A stretch of 64,000 bases of DNA from contig JBHGNT010000015.1 of the NCBI GenBank assembly GCA_043228905.1, forward strand, positions 11,470,001 to 11,534,000. Reading direction: 5' to 3'. The position numbers and the translations under genes are program-made. Shown here one piece after another: positions 52,373 through 63,567 of the stretch; within the stretch, counting starts at the first letter, position 1; every line of letters begins with the position of its first letter. The notes beneath the pieces are model-generated. The model saw only the letters and a program-made list of their open reading frames with translations. It ran no database searches and was not told the origin of the DNA. The stretch is from Azolla caroliniana. Taxonomy: Eukaryota; Plantae; Polypodiophyta.

Positions 52373-55300
52373 CACAAAAAACTTTCTTATTCCACAAAGC
52401 AATAATACAACACCCAACCTTACAAAAAGGTTACAAGGTCACTATATATAGTGACCGACTTAGGGCAACTACCCTTTATGATAATTACACAAATGCCCCA
52501 AACTTGGGCTATAGAAAGGGATAGTGTGAATACGTCCATTATACACTTGTATTCGACACTCCCCCGTAATGGGCGTATACATGGGTTATCTAAGATTACA
52601 GGTATAGACTTAGGTTCTCGGACATATCAGCTTTGTTCGGGTCGGCAGGGTCCGAAGGTAGAAGACCGAACTGGTCGGGTCGGAACAGTTGAAGCCGATC
52701 ATTAAGGAACTGATGTCGGTTGTCGGGAACCATCCTGCTCTGTGTCCGGCTCTAACCGGACTGGTTTGTCGTTACGCCCATCTGATGCCGAAGAGACCGA
52801 AAACGGTCTGCCGAAAGACACTTGGTCATTCCATCTGCGACATTGTCGGTTGTGGATATTTTCTCTAGACCGATTTTCCCTGAAATGACGCAGTCCCGAA
52901 CGAAGTGATATCGAACGTCGATATGTTTGGAGGCGTTGTGGTGAACTGGATTTTTCGACAGGGCAACAGCACCTTGACTGTCGCTGTAGACAACTGGAGC
53001 TGAGTCATGGTCGACTTGTCGAAACGTGTGCGCCAGCCGACCGAGCCACAAAGCTTCTTTTGCTGCGTCGGACGCAGCTACATATTCTGCTTCGGTCGTT
53101 GAAGTCGCTGTGCACTCCTGAAGTTTCGACTTCCACGAGATTGCTCCATTGCCGAATTTGAAGCAGTATCCGGTTGTTGATTTCCGACTGTCTATACAGC
53201 CGGCGAAATCCGAGTCGGTGTAACCGACTACGCCTGAGGTTCGGTTCGGACCGAAAAGAATGCCGTGGTCTTTTGTGCCAGCCAGATATCTGAACACATG
53301 CTTGACTGCGTTCCAATGCGATCGGCCAAGATTGTGCATAAATCTGCTAACGACTCCTACGGCGTGAGAAATATCAGGCCGTGTCGCGACCATCAGGTAC
53401 ATAAGGGAGCCGACTGCCGGTGCATACGGTACCGACTTCATATCTTCCCCCTCCGGGCCGGATGTCGGGCAGTCTCGCTGAGAGAGCCGAAGATTCATTG
53501 GGAGTGGGGTTGAAGCAGATTTGGCTGATTGCATGTTGAAGCGTTCCAAGACACGTCGGATATAGTCGGTCTGAGACAAAAAAAGATGTCGTTTATCGCG
53601 ATGCCGACTAATCTTCATGCCGAGTATGTGTCGTGCCGGACCGAGATCCTTCATGGCAAACTTCAACCGCAGTTGCCGAATGAGATCGGCAAGTTCGCCC
53701 GCGTGGCGTCCAGAAATTAGCATGTCGTCCACGTAAATGATGAGGAAGATGGGTGATCCATCTTGAGCTGTGTTGGTGAAGAGACAATGGTCCTCATCGC
53801 TTTTTGAGAAGCCGATCGATTGGATGAAGTCGTCGAACTTCTTGTACCATTGTCGTGGTGCCTGTTTGAGGCCGTATAGACTCTTCCTGAGTCGGCAGAC
53901 TAGATGTTCTTGGCCAGTTGCCACGAAGCCTTTTCGCTGCTCCATATAAATTTCCTCCTCGAGATCACCATGGAGGAAGGCTGTTTTGACATCTAGCTGA
54001 ATCAGCTCCAAGTTGTCGGCTGCCACGACGCCGAGCAGAAAACGAAGGGTTGTCATTTTCACCACTGGTGAAAAAATCTCGTCGAAGTCGACGCCATATT
54101 CTTGTCGGAAGCCCTTCGCAACTAATCTGGCCTTGTACTTTGGGGTGGTCGAATCAGACGTCTCTTTTAGTCGATAAACCCACTTGCAAGGAAGAGCACG
54201 TCGGTTCCTAGGTAATTCGACCAGATCCCAAGTCTTGTTTGCCCGAATGGAGTGCATTTCCGACTCCATCGCCAGATGCCAGGTGGCGGAATCGACAGAT
54301 GTCGATGCTTCTTCGTAAGACGTCGGTTCGCCGGCGTCGGTGAAGAAAATTCCAGGAGAGTACCTCTCCGGAGGTTGCGACAGTCTCTCGGATCGTCGAG
54401 GTATGATTGGACTGGTCGCATCGGGTATCGAGGTCGGATGGTCCGAAAGCGGATTGTTCTGCTGTGCCGAGTCGGAGTTGTCCGAGTCGGTAGTGTAAGG
54501 TTCAGCTACCCGTGAAGCTAACCGTGTGTTGAGAGCGGGGCCTTCTTGAAGGGTCGGCACATCGGAAAACGTTACCCTTCGGACTTCGATCGGTTTTTCG
54601 ACTGATGGATTCATAGCCGACTCGTTGAACACAACGTCCGAACTTCGAACGATTTGCCTGCGTTCGGGGTCCCAGAGTCGGTATCCCATTTCGCCGTCGG
54701 ATCCATATCCAAGGAAAATGCATTTCCTGGACCGAGGTGCAAGTTTTCGGCGATCATCTTTCGGAATAAGGGCGTACGCCTCGCATCCGAAGATCCTCAG
54801 CTTGTCGTAATTCGGCTTACTGCTGATCCATAGTTCCTGAGGAATTTGAAGTCCTAGAGGTCTACTTGGCGACATATTGATTATGTGTACTGTCGTGAGT
54901 AGAGCCTCTGCCCAGAAGCCATCCGACAGTCCGGAGTGTTGGAGCATGGAAACTATCCTTTCTTGGATTGTCCGATTCATTCGTTCTGCAATCCCGTTTT
55001 GCTCCGGACTGTGTGGTGCCGTAAATTCACGTCGGATGCCGCGTTGTCGGCAGAATTTGACGAATTCTTCGGATTTGAACTCTCCCCCATTGTCTGTCCG
55101 AAAGCATTTCAGGTTTCGGTCGGTTTGATTTTCTACCATAGCGAGCCAATCTGAGAATATCGAGAAGACCCGATCTTTGGTGCGAATTGGATAAGCCCAC
55201 ACCTTTCGAGTCGAATCGTCAATAAAAGTGACGAAGTAAGAGGCACCGCCGAGAGACTGATGCGGCATTGGGCCACAGACGTCCGAATGGACCAAATCAA

Positions 55301-57428
55301 GAGGTCTCGTTTCTCTTGGTGCTGATGTCGGGTGTGATGCGGCTGCTTGTTTGCCATACTGGCAATGCTCGCAGAATTGATGGTCGGAGAAGGATAGTTT
55401 AGGGATGTATCCGGCTCTAGATAGATGCGTAATGCCGGCCTTGCTGAGGTGTCCTAATCTTCTGTGCCATAGTGATGACACAGGAATATCCACCAAAAAC
55501 AGGTTACCCTCTCTGAGCGTAACATGTAACGGATATAGTGAGTGTATCTTGGGTCCTCTAGCAAGCAGGAGGTTCCCCCTGTGGAGTGTCCACCCTCCCG
55601 AAGAAAAACCGGCACGAATGCCGTCTTCATCTAGTTGTCCGACTGAGATCAATGGCCTTGAGAGCTCGGGTACATGTCGGACATTGTGGAGTACAAGTGT
55701 AGAGCCACCTGCAAGGTTGAGCTCTACTGTGCCGATTCCGATGATGTCACAGTGTTGTGAGTTGCCGACTCGAACTGAGTCGGAGTGACGGATCGTATAT
55801 TGCCGAAATTGGGATCGATGAGGAGTCACGTGAAATGACGCGCCCGAATCTAAGAGCCATGTGCTCGACTCTTCAGTCGTGAGTAGGACTTCTGATCCGA
55901 CTGGATTTTCGATTGATAGTATATTCGGGTCGTCTGGTAGCACATCAGCTGAGAAGCTGACGTAATTGATCTCCTCATGCCGGCCACTCTTCTTGTTGTT
56001 CTTGTTCTTGAGTGCGCGGCAGTCGGCTTTGATGTGTCCGGGTTTCTTGCAATAGTTGCAGATTCGGTTATCCCGTGACTGGCTCCGTCTTCGCTGATTG
56101 TTCGGCGGCCGTGAGGAATCTCTTCCTCGTATGTTCGATCGGTCTGTCGAACCTTGTACTACATAAGCGTCGTCTGTTGAGTCTTTGGCGAAAGACTTTC
56201 TCCGAGCTGCTTCGGTCAGGATTGCGCTCGTGACTTCGGAGTATTTAACAGCCGTGGTTGACGCGTTGCACACGGTTGTGACGAAAGTTTCCCATGATGA
56301 GGGAAGGCTACTCATGAGTATCATTGCTCTGAGTTCATCCTCGATTGCCGTCCCCTGTGACGAGATTTGGGAGCTTATGCTTTCGTACTCATTGAGGTGT
56401 GCTTGAACCGAGTCGGATTCTTTCATCCGCAAGTTGTAGAGGCGCCGGATCAGAAACATCTTTGTTGCGGCGACCTTCTTTTCGTAAGTGTCCGACAGTG
56501 TTTTCCACAGTTCGAATGCTGTCGTACACGATTGCACCGTAAAGTATACCGATTCCGATAGGTGCATCCGAATCGTGGCGCGGACGATTCTGTCCAGCTT
56601 CTGCCACTCAATTGGTTTGTATCCTTCTGGAGGTTCTTCATTTTCGATGGGATCGATTTGCCCCTTGACTATGAGATAGTCCTGCATTTGTTCCTTCCAG
56701 AAGTTGAAGTTCGATCCATCGAACTTTCGGAGACTCATTTCTGACGAGCCGGATGTTGATGCCATCAAATTCGGTTTCGGTTGACGAAGCTCGGTTCGGA
56801 GTTGACTACGAGCCTTGTTGGAGTGCAGCCGGTTGGCTCACCCGATATCGCTCTAGTCGGATTTGAACCCGAGTCGGTTCGGCTTCGGAACTTGCTCGAA
56901 TTGACTCCGGTAGCTTGAGGGACAGAACCGACTGGTCTTCCCGAATGTTGCCGAGTCGGAGTGAGCCCGGTTCGCTTCGGATATATATGCCGAATACCGA
57001 TTATTAAAACCGATTATCTGGACCGATTCTGCTTCGGTTGACTGCAGCAATGAGAGAGACGGATCCGACTGATCCTCCCGAATGTCGATCAGCCAGATGA
57101 AGCACGAATTTGGGTTGTTGTCAAAGTTGCACAAGGGGATTTCACCTCGAGCGGTTACGATCACAAGGGACAGAGTACAACCTACTGGCTTACTCCAAAG
57201 TGAAGATGATCTAACGCGATGAGATGCGAGCCTCGTTTTTCTTCTTCTTCTCTCTTCTTCGAATGACGCAGGAAACCGAATGCTGAGACGACGGCCGACA
57301 GCGGATTGAAGGACCGACTACTGTGCAGGCTCTGATACCAGATGTTGGAGACGAGGTCGTCTATGCGGAAGATCAAGAAGCATTCGATTGGTGTTTGAAT
57401 ACCTGCGTATGACAGTTTCTAGGTCGTT

Positions 57429-57463
<35 letters not shown>

Positions 57464-57649
57464 CACAAAAAACTTTCTTATTCCACAAAGCAATAATACA
57501 ACACCCAACCTTACAAAAAGGTTACAAGGTCACTATATATAGTGACCGACTTAGGGCAACTACCCTTTATGATAATTACACAAATGCCCCAAACTTGGGC
57601 TATAGAAAGGGATAGTGTGAATACGTCCATTATACACTTGTATTCGACA
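52200..57649 (-). mobile_element. Full-length young Ty1/copia retrotransposon
   Basis: 5' LTR 57649-57343, 3' LTR 52558-52200. PBS TGGTATCAGAGC (57340-57329). PPT 52565-52559. TSD TATTA (52195-52199 and 57650-57654). Confidence 0.97.
52752..56768 (-). CDS. Copia Gag-Pol polyprotein, 1338 aa, uninterrupted
   Basis: CNYCKKPGHIKADC, WLLDSGAS, HHCC and DDE integrase, YVDD RT, YTDSD...KHID RNase H. Confidence 0.97.
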   Translation of the reverse strand: MMASTSGSSEMSLRKFDGSNFNFWKEQMQDYLIVKGQIDPIENEEPPEGYKPIEWQKLDRIVRATIRMHLSESVYFTVQSCTTAFELWKTLSDTYEKKVAATKMFLIRRLYNLRMKESDSVQAHLNEYESISSQISSQGTAIEDELRAMILMSSLPSSWETFVTTVCNASTTAVKYSEVTSAILTEAARRKSFAKDSTDDAYVVQGSTDRSNIRGRDSSRPPNNQRRRSQSRDNRICNYCKKPGHIKADCRALKNKNNKKSGRHEEINYVSFSADVLPDDPNILSIENPVGSEVLLTTEESSTWLLDSGASFHVTPHRSQFRQYTIRHSDSVRVGNSQHCDIIGIGTVELNLAGGSTLVLHNVRHVPELSRPLISVGQLDEDGIRAGFSSGGWTLHRGNLLLARGPKIHSLYPLHVTLREGNLFLVDIPVSSLWHRRLGHLSKAGITHLSRAGYIPKLSFSDHQFCEHCQYGKQAAASHPTSAPRETRPLDLVHSDVCGPMPHQSLGGASYFVTFIDDSTRKVWAYPIRTKDRVFSIFSDWLAMVENQTDRNLKCFRTDNGGEFKSEEFVKFCRQRGIRREFTAPHSPEQNGIAERMNRTIQERIVSMLQHSGLSDGFWAEALLTTVHIINMSPSRPLGLQIPQELWISSKPNYDKLRIFGCEAYALIPKDDRRKLAPRSRKCIFLGYGSDGEMGYRLWDPERRQIVRSSDVVFNESAMNPSVEKPIEVRRVTFSDVPTLQEGPALNTRLASRVAEPYTTDSDNSDSAQQNNPLSDHPTSIPDATSPIIPRRSERLSQPPERYSPGIFFTDAGEPTSYEEASTSVDSATWHLAMESEMHSIRANKTWDLVELPRNRRALPCKWVYRLKETSDSTTPKYKARLVAKGFRQEYGVDFDEIFSPVVKMTTLRFLLGVVAADNLELIQLDVKTAFLHGDLEEEIYMEQRKGFVATGQEHLVCRLRKSLYGLKQAPRQWYKKFDDFIQSIGFSKSDEDHCLFTNTAQDGSPIFLIIYVDDMLISGRHAGELADLIRQLRLKFAMKDLGPARHILGMKISRHRDKRHLFLSQTDYIRRVLERFNMQSAKSASTPLPMNLRLSQRDCPTSGPEGEDMKSVPYAPAVGSLMYLMVATRPDISHAVGVVSRFMHNLGRSHWNAVKHVFRYLAGTKDHGILFGPNRTSGVVGYTDSDFAGCIDSRKSTTGYCFKFGNGAISWKSKLQECTATSTTEAEYVAASDAAKEALWLGRLAHTFRQVDHDSAPVVYSDSQGAVALSKNPVHHNASKHIDVRYHFVRDCVISGKIGLEKISTTDNVADGMTKCLSADRFRSLRHQMGVTTNQSG

Positions 57650-58351
57650 TATTAGGGCCTACAGATAAAGGACAATCCATGTATATGGAGGCTGTATGGA
57701 AAGGGTTCCAACAAGTGCACATTTATTCATACCCATCACATTCAAAAGCAGACAACCAAAACCATGATATTCCAAAAAATGAGTAGTTGTTAACAAAAAT
57801 AAATATGCATTGCAAATGATAAAAAATGGGACATCATTAAAAAAGGACCAAGCACTTTTCCCATGACACGAAATTGAGATCTTTAATGTTTCTGGAAACC
57901 AATGTCATTTATAGTAACATGGAAAGTAAATTAGAATGATCAATTTCTGAAATGAATTCAAGTGGGATACAACCACTAAAATCAATAAGCAAAGGATTAG
58001 CTAATGCTACAAATTGTGAAAGATTTTGAACACATTGTCTACATGTATACATACATGTTTGAGTTTCAACACATGGTTCCTATAATATTTGATCTCAACA
58101 CTTGCATAGAGGAGAGTTTTATTGCATGACGTCAATTACAATTGTCTACCAATTTGTTACTTGTATAGATGCATTATTGTGGAATAGATAGATTGTTGGA
58201 CACAAGCATACGTAAACTAGATCAACTAAAAATTAAATCTCCCTTGTCATTTGGTATTATCATACAACTTGACATTGGAATACAACAAAATGGGAGGTAT
58301 ACTTAATCATAAAAAATAAAAGAAAGAAACATATTCACTAACCTGATTTTA

Positions 58352-58592
58352 TTTTCTTGTTGTTGTTGTTGTTGTTGTTCTTCTTCTTCTTCTTCTTCTT
58401 CTTGTTCTTCTTGTTCTTCTTGTTCTTCTTGTGCTTCTTCTTCTTCTTCTTCTTCTTCTTCTTCTAGTGCTTCTTCTTCTTCTTCTTCTTCTTCTTCTTC
58501 TGCTTTTTCTGCTTCTTCTTCTTCTTCTTCTAGTGCTTCTTCTTCTTCTGCTTTTTCTGTTTCTTCTTCTTCTTCTTCTTCTTCTTCTTCTT
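58352..58592. repeat. (TTC)n/(TTG)n compound microsatellite in the hAT end upstream of the transposase
   Basis: Directly visible. Explains the spurious poly-R and poly-L ORFs. Confidence 0.95.
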
Positions 58593-61321
58593 CTAAGTCT
58601 ATTCTGTCCGTCTTCCTTCCTTCCTTCTATTTCACTAAAGTTGTTCTTTTCTTTTGCTTTCTTTAGGGTTTTACTCACATTTTCTATAAATACGTACTAT
58701 ACGTATTTTTTTAAAGGTACGTTAAATACCGTATTAGACGAATGTATATGACGTTTGAATGAACAACTTTGACGTATGGTACGTACTATACAAATAAGAA
58801 GGTATTATACGTATTGATACATTAAATACGCGTATGTAAACAACGCTGGTTTCACCGCTCAACAAACGACCGAACTTCGGCAATCTCAGAGTGCTCTTGA
58901 GGCACGTGTCATTAGTCTACAACGTGAGACTAATAGACCTGATGAGCGACAAGGTGAACCATCATTTGTCGTTAAGCCATTTACGGGAGACAAAAAGGAA
59001 AGAATCGAAGAAGCAATCTGCACATGGCTGGGACGATGGGAGTCTCATTTTGAGCTCTATCCCACGCTAGATAGTACAAAGATTGCATATGTCGGCCGAG
59101 AACTCGGGGGTAAGGCCGTTGCCTAGTGGCGTGGGCTCCGTACTATGGGGAAATTGCCCGATACTTGGACAGATTTTGTCACGGTTTTTAAGGGCCAATT
59201 TCTGCAACCTCCCTCTCAAACCGAGGCAGCACAAGCTTTAATGAAACTCTCTAGCAGGAAATTTTCCTCGCTAGAAGACTATGTTCACCATGCTAGAACC
59301 CAAATCCAAAAATCGGGTCTAGAAGGGGACAATTGGTTGATAACTTGTTTTGTCAATGGCATCCCCAATTCGGACTATCACTGGATAGTGCACGATAAGG
59401 ATCCAAAATCCTTCGAAGAGGCCGTTGAAATAGTTCTTCGCTATCAACGCACTTCGAAGAAGGACCACAACAAACCCAACGAAGCGCCCGGGACTAAGCA
59501 GTCGCAATTTGTTGGGAAATGCAAGACATCCAACGAATTCTTGGATCGCAATTGTAAGCGACAACATCCTTTTTGCGTATTTTGCAAAAAGAAGGGTCAT
59601 ACAAAAGATCAATGTCGAAAGCTCCAACGGAAAGAGCACGACAACAAAGCTAAAGCTGCAGACCATAAAGGTCAGATTCCTAATGTCCTTTAGGTCTATA
59701 CACATCATTTAAGTAATTGTCAATGTTCTTTCCCTCACTATGTATTGGGTCCCAATGATTTACTACGTGCAAACGAGTATATCAATGGATCTCCCGTATA
59801 ATTTTTATTTGATTCGGGAAGCTCACACAATTTTGTCAATGATCGTTTGGTTCAGATATGGGGAATCCAACCCACCGTAAGTGATCACACCTACACGGTG
59901 CACTTGGCTGATGGAAGAGTACAATACATCAACGAGGCGATTCATTCATTAGGAATTTCTATTGATACTTATATAAAGGAAGTAGACTTCCATGTAATGA
60001 ATCTTTGTACCACCGATGTAATACTGGGTTATCCCTAGTTTTATAATAAAAACTCTTCTTTATCTATTGATTGGGTTCATCATTCAATTACATTTGTACT
60101 GAACGATTGTACTCATTTTGTTCAATGTGTAAAAAAACAATCCCTCTCGATTGTTTCCTCGTGTCCATCAATATCCGAGTTGTCTTGTTCTACTCTATTT
60201 TATTGTGTACTTGATCCGGACATTCATGTTTACAATATCGATAATATCTCGGTTCAATTAACATATTTTGAACAACAACAACTTGATGAAATCTTAAATG
60301 ATTTTCATGATGTTTTTCCGAGTGAACTACCAGATGGCTTACCTCCTAAACGTAATATAGACCATCGTATAGATATTGTACCTGGTGTTGCACCAATAAG
60401 TATACCTCCTTATCGCTTAAGTCGATCCGAAGAGGATGAGGTATCTAAGCAACTCAAGGACTATTTACGAATGGGTTACATACGTTATAGTAAATCTCCA
60501 TGGGGTGCACTAGTTCTTTTGGTAACAAAGAAAGAGGGCACATGGCGTATGTGTATTAATTACCGACACTTGAATAAAGTGACGATCAAGAATTCGTACC
60601 CATTGCCCCGGGCTGACGATCTAATTGACCGTCTCCAGGGAGCTCAGTATTTTACGAAACTTGATCTCCGTACTGGCTACCATCAAATATGAATAAGTGA
60701 GGACGATGTTCCTAAAACGGCATTTCGTACGCACTATGGCCATTACGAGTTTTTGGTTATGCCTTTTGGTTTGACCAATGCTTTGGCTACTTTTCAACAA
60801 GAAATGAATGACATTTTCCGAGAACAACTTGGAAAATTTGTCGTTATTTTCTTGGATGATATTTTAGTTTATAGTTGTACATTAAAAGAACATGCTAGAC
60901 ATGTCCGCTTTGTTTTAGAAACATTGCGTGACAAACAATTTTATGTGAAGATCTCAAAATGTGAGTTCTTCAAGAAATCAATTACTTATCTAGGACATCT
61001 CATAACCGAACGAGGAGTTGAAATTGATCCTTCTCGCATTGAGAAAATCAAGCTTTGGCCCACTCTTCGGAATATTCGAGAAGTTTGATCATTCCTTGGT
61101 TTTGTTTGGTTTTTGCGAAAGTCTCTTCGTAATTACTCCCAATTGACGACGCCATTTACTGATATTTTAAAAGGTCAAACGCGTTGTCGTAGTGTATTTC
61201 GTACACTACGTGAAAAAGTAAAAATAATATAACCGATTTAATTACATATAAATAAATAAAATAAGAATATTAAGATATTTATCACCAATAAATAAAATAA
61301 GAATATCAAGATATTTATCAC

Positions 61322-61395
61322 GTGCATAGGGCAAGATTCGAACCCTATACCTCCACGTAGCCAAACCTCAACTTTACCATTATGCTACCTTATCT
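61322..61395 (-). ncRNA. tRNA-like Pol III A/B-box module in the 5' LTR (second copy ~63657-63730)
   Basis: Minus strand: TAGCATAATGGTAA ... AGGTATAGGGTTCGAATCTTGC, then TTTT about 25 nt downstream. Confidence 0.6.
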
Positions 61396-61904
61396 TTAGT
61401 GTTCCATAAATAGATTTAATAACTATAACTGCTTTATTTGCGACTACCTTTATTAAAAGGTAAATCGTGCATTTTTAGAGTGCGTGAATATTTTTATAGA
61501 AAAACGCAAGCGACTAAAAAGTGACTCATGCACATCTAGCGTGCATGAGCACTATATTTAGCAAATAAAAGCAAGGATTAAAAAAACATGTAGCTATGCT
61601 TAGTCTCTCCCATCACTACATAAGGATAGGGAGCACAATGTAATAGGTGTGTGAAAAATATTTGGGAAATTGGATATATTTCCTAAAACACCAACAATCA
61701 ATAAAATATACTCGTGGGATTCACGAAGTTTAAGATAATCTATCTCTTTCAATCTAAATTCATATTCTTACATAAATATTGATTAATGTAATACTTGTGG
61801 GATTCACAAGATTAGCCTCAAATTCTTCCTCCTCCTAGTCCAAAACCCCGGTGGTTCCCACCCGACTCACGCAAACGATCCGGAGCCGAAAGGCACGACA
61901 CAGT

Positions 61905-61922
61905 TGGTGAACCCGACGTGAA
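61905..61922 (+). promoter_or_regulatory. PBS complementary to the tRNA-Trp 3' end
   Basis: TGGTGAACCCGACGTGAA, 4 nt after the LTR, is complementary to ...TTCACGTCGGGTTCACCA (plant tRNA-Trp, from memory). Confidence 0.8.
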
Positions 61923-61938
61923 GGCGGGTGGCAAGGAG

Positions 61939-63567
61939 ATGGAGAATCAACAAGAGGCGATGAACATGATGATGATGATGTTCGAGAGAATGCTACAAGA
62001 ACAACGCGAGATGTCGGAGATCACAACAGTAGTACAACGGCTCGTGCAACAGAACGGGCAATTCGATGGAAAGGACGTGTCACGCTATCTACGTGACTAC
62101 AAAATGGAGATGTTGCGATATGGTATCTCAGAAAGATTGCAAGTGTTATCTTTCAACCGGGTGGCTACGGATGAGCTTCAAGAGAGAATCCACGAGATAC
62201 GACAACAAAGCCCGATGTGGGAGTCCTTTGAAGAAGCTATACGAGACACATATGACTATCTAAGACCGAAGCGGATGAGGACATGGTCCACGAACGACGG
62301 TCAACAGTGGGTGAAAAGCGGCCACCGACTACCACCGAAGGAGAGCTTGATGCGGAAGGGTTCGGAGATGCATGAAAAGTCGCAAGTCGACATTGAAGGG
62401 GAGCTTAAAACCGAACCAAAGTCGAGGCCAACAAAGGACGAGGAGGAGGAAGATCGAGGACGAAAGGGTATCCCCACACCGGTTCCAGAGACTTCGGCGG
62501 TTGTGCCCGTGCACCAACGTGAGACCGGAGAGACGGAATGTGTCGGCGGAAAAGTGGAGGACCGGAAGGGCAACGAGGAAGACAAAGTAAATGAGCACGA
62601 ACGAAGGGATTCCTTCACCATTGTTTCGGAGACTTCGGTACTCGAGCCCGGGTGTCGACATAACACCGAAGATAAGGAAAGTGGCGGCAACGAAACGAAG
62701 GTCGAAGCCGATGCATACGAAGGAGAGATAGCCAAGGAGAACATGGCTATGGGTGAAACAACGGAAGATGATAATACCGAGGATTCCTACCCACTAATTC
62801 TAGAGACTTCGGCGGTTGTGTCCGAGAACCAACGTGAGACCGGAGAGACGGGAGGTGGCAACAAGGAAGGTAAAGTCGGAAGCCGGTTCGGATGGAAGAT
62901 GATCCGTCTGAAATTCCGATGTAAACAAAAGCATGACAACGCGAAGGTCGGGTCTACGATGGGAGAAGCATGTAATACGGAGCACGCACTACGGCACCAA
63001 AAGAAGCACGTGCTACGGCGTAAAGAGAAGCACACGCTACGGCGCAAAAAGAAGCACGCGCTACGGTGCAAAAATAAGCATGCACTACGGGGTAATACGA
63101 CGCATGCACTACGATGGAATACGAAGCATGCGCTACGGCCTAATACGACGCATGCGCAACATCGAGAAATAAAGCATGCATTAAAGCCGCACAAGGACCT
63201 AACAGCGAGCGCGTATTCGGAGGTCGACATCGACGCGTGGGTAGAACCTACGGAAGACAAGCGCGGAGTGGAGAGAGACAACACACCAAGATGCTCAAGA
63301 GTACCACAAGGGACCATGACAACCACTCATGGCAATGCAAAGAATGAACAAAGAATATGGTGGATCGGATGGCGACAATGGTTCGGGTGGAAAGAATGGG
63401 TCTACTCAAAATGGAGAGACAAAGTTGACATAGCGGGACAAACGGAGGATGAAGGGGAGACAACGAGCATCGGCAACTTCGGCACATACCGGAGGATGTG
63501 CGGGTTCGGAGGGGGCGAGTGTCGTAGTGTATTTCGTACACTACGTGAAAAAGTAAAAATAATATAA
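61939..63567 (+). CDS. Gag N-terminal fragment fused to acidic and basic repeat regions
   Basis: First ATG at 61939. FDGKDVSRYLRDY...WESFEEAI is gag-like. Then three ETS(A/V) repeats and about eight 8-aa KHALR repeats. Stop lies inside the 3' LTR. Confidence 0.6.
   Translation: MENQQEAMNMMMMMFERMLQEQREMSEITTVVQRLVQQNGQFDGKDVSRYLRDYKMEMLRYGISERLQVLSFNRVATDELQERIHEIRQQSPMWESFEEAIRDTYDYLRPKRMRTWSTNDGQQWVKSGHRLPPKESLMRKGSEMHEKSQVDIEGELKTEPKSRPTKDEEEEDRGRKGIPTPVPETSAVVPVHQRETGETECVGGKVEDRKGNEEDKVNEHERRDSFTIVSETSVLEPGCRHNTEDKESGGNETKVEADAYEGEIAKENMAMGETTEDDNTEDSYPLILETSAVVSENQRETGETGGGNKEGKVGSRFGWKMIRLKFRCKQKHDNAKVGSTMGEACNTEHALRHQKKHVLRRKEKHTLRRKKKHALRCKNKHALRGNTTHALRWNTKHALRPNTTHAQHREIKHALKPHKDLTASAYSEVDIDAWVEPTEDKRGVERDNTPRCSRVPQGTMTTTHGNAKNEQRIWWIGWRQWFGWKEWVYSKWRDKVDIAGQTEDEGETTSIGNFGTYRRMCGFGGGECRSVFRTLREKVKII

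Larger units (their letters stand above)
51770..57712 (+). pseudogene. PLS-class PPR gene fragment (51770-52199 + 57655-57712) inside the hAT element, split by the copia insertion
   Basis: SALLDMYVKCGSIVEVQNVFNRMSNRDVVLWTTLIA*Y, ALKSFEKIQDEG, and VLKVCGLL|GPTDKGQSMYMEAVWKGF across the copia TSD. Contains stops and frameshifts. Confidence 0.85.
47895..58848 (-). mobile_element. hAT DNA transposon (~10.95 kb including cargo)
   Basis: 8-bp TSD GTTTCACC (47887-47894 and 58849-58856). Imperfect TIRs CATGGTTGTT..TACG / CAGCGTTGTT..TACG. Subterminal TACGT repeats at 47905-48060 and 58690-58835. Confidence 0.93.
45644..61184 (+). mobile_element. Degenerate Ty3/gypsy (Met-primed, chromovirus-type RT) with 1.7-kb leader, split by the hAT element and by the element at 61185
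   Basis: 5' LTR 45644-46102. PBS TGGTATCAGAGC 46105-46116. Gag starts ~47776 and resumes at 58857 (CVFCKKKGHTKDQC). Protease FDSGSSHNF ~59810. [24 protein letters not shown] (60300-61184). Confidence 0.88.

Noticed and set aside
52100-52451. SL- and RE-repeat ORFs
   Set aside because: Translations of the (GA)40 tract in the LTR.
58349-58751. Poly-Arg and poly-Leu ORFs
   Set aside because: Translations of a (TTC)n microsatellite.
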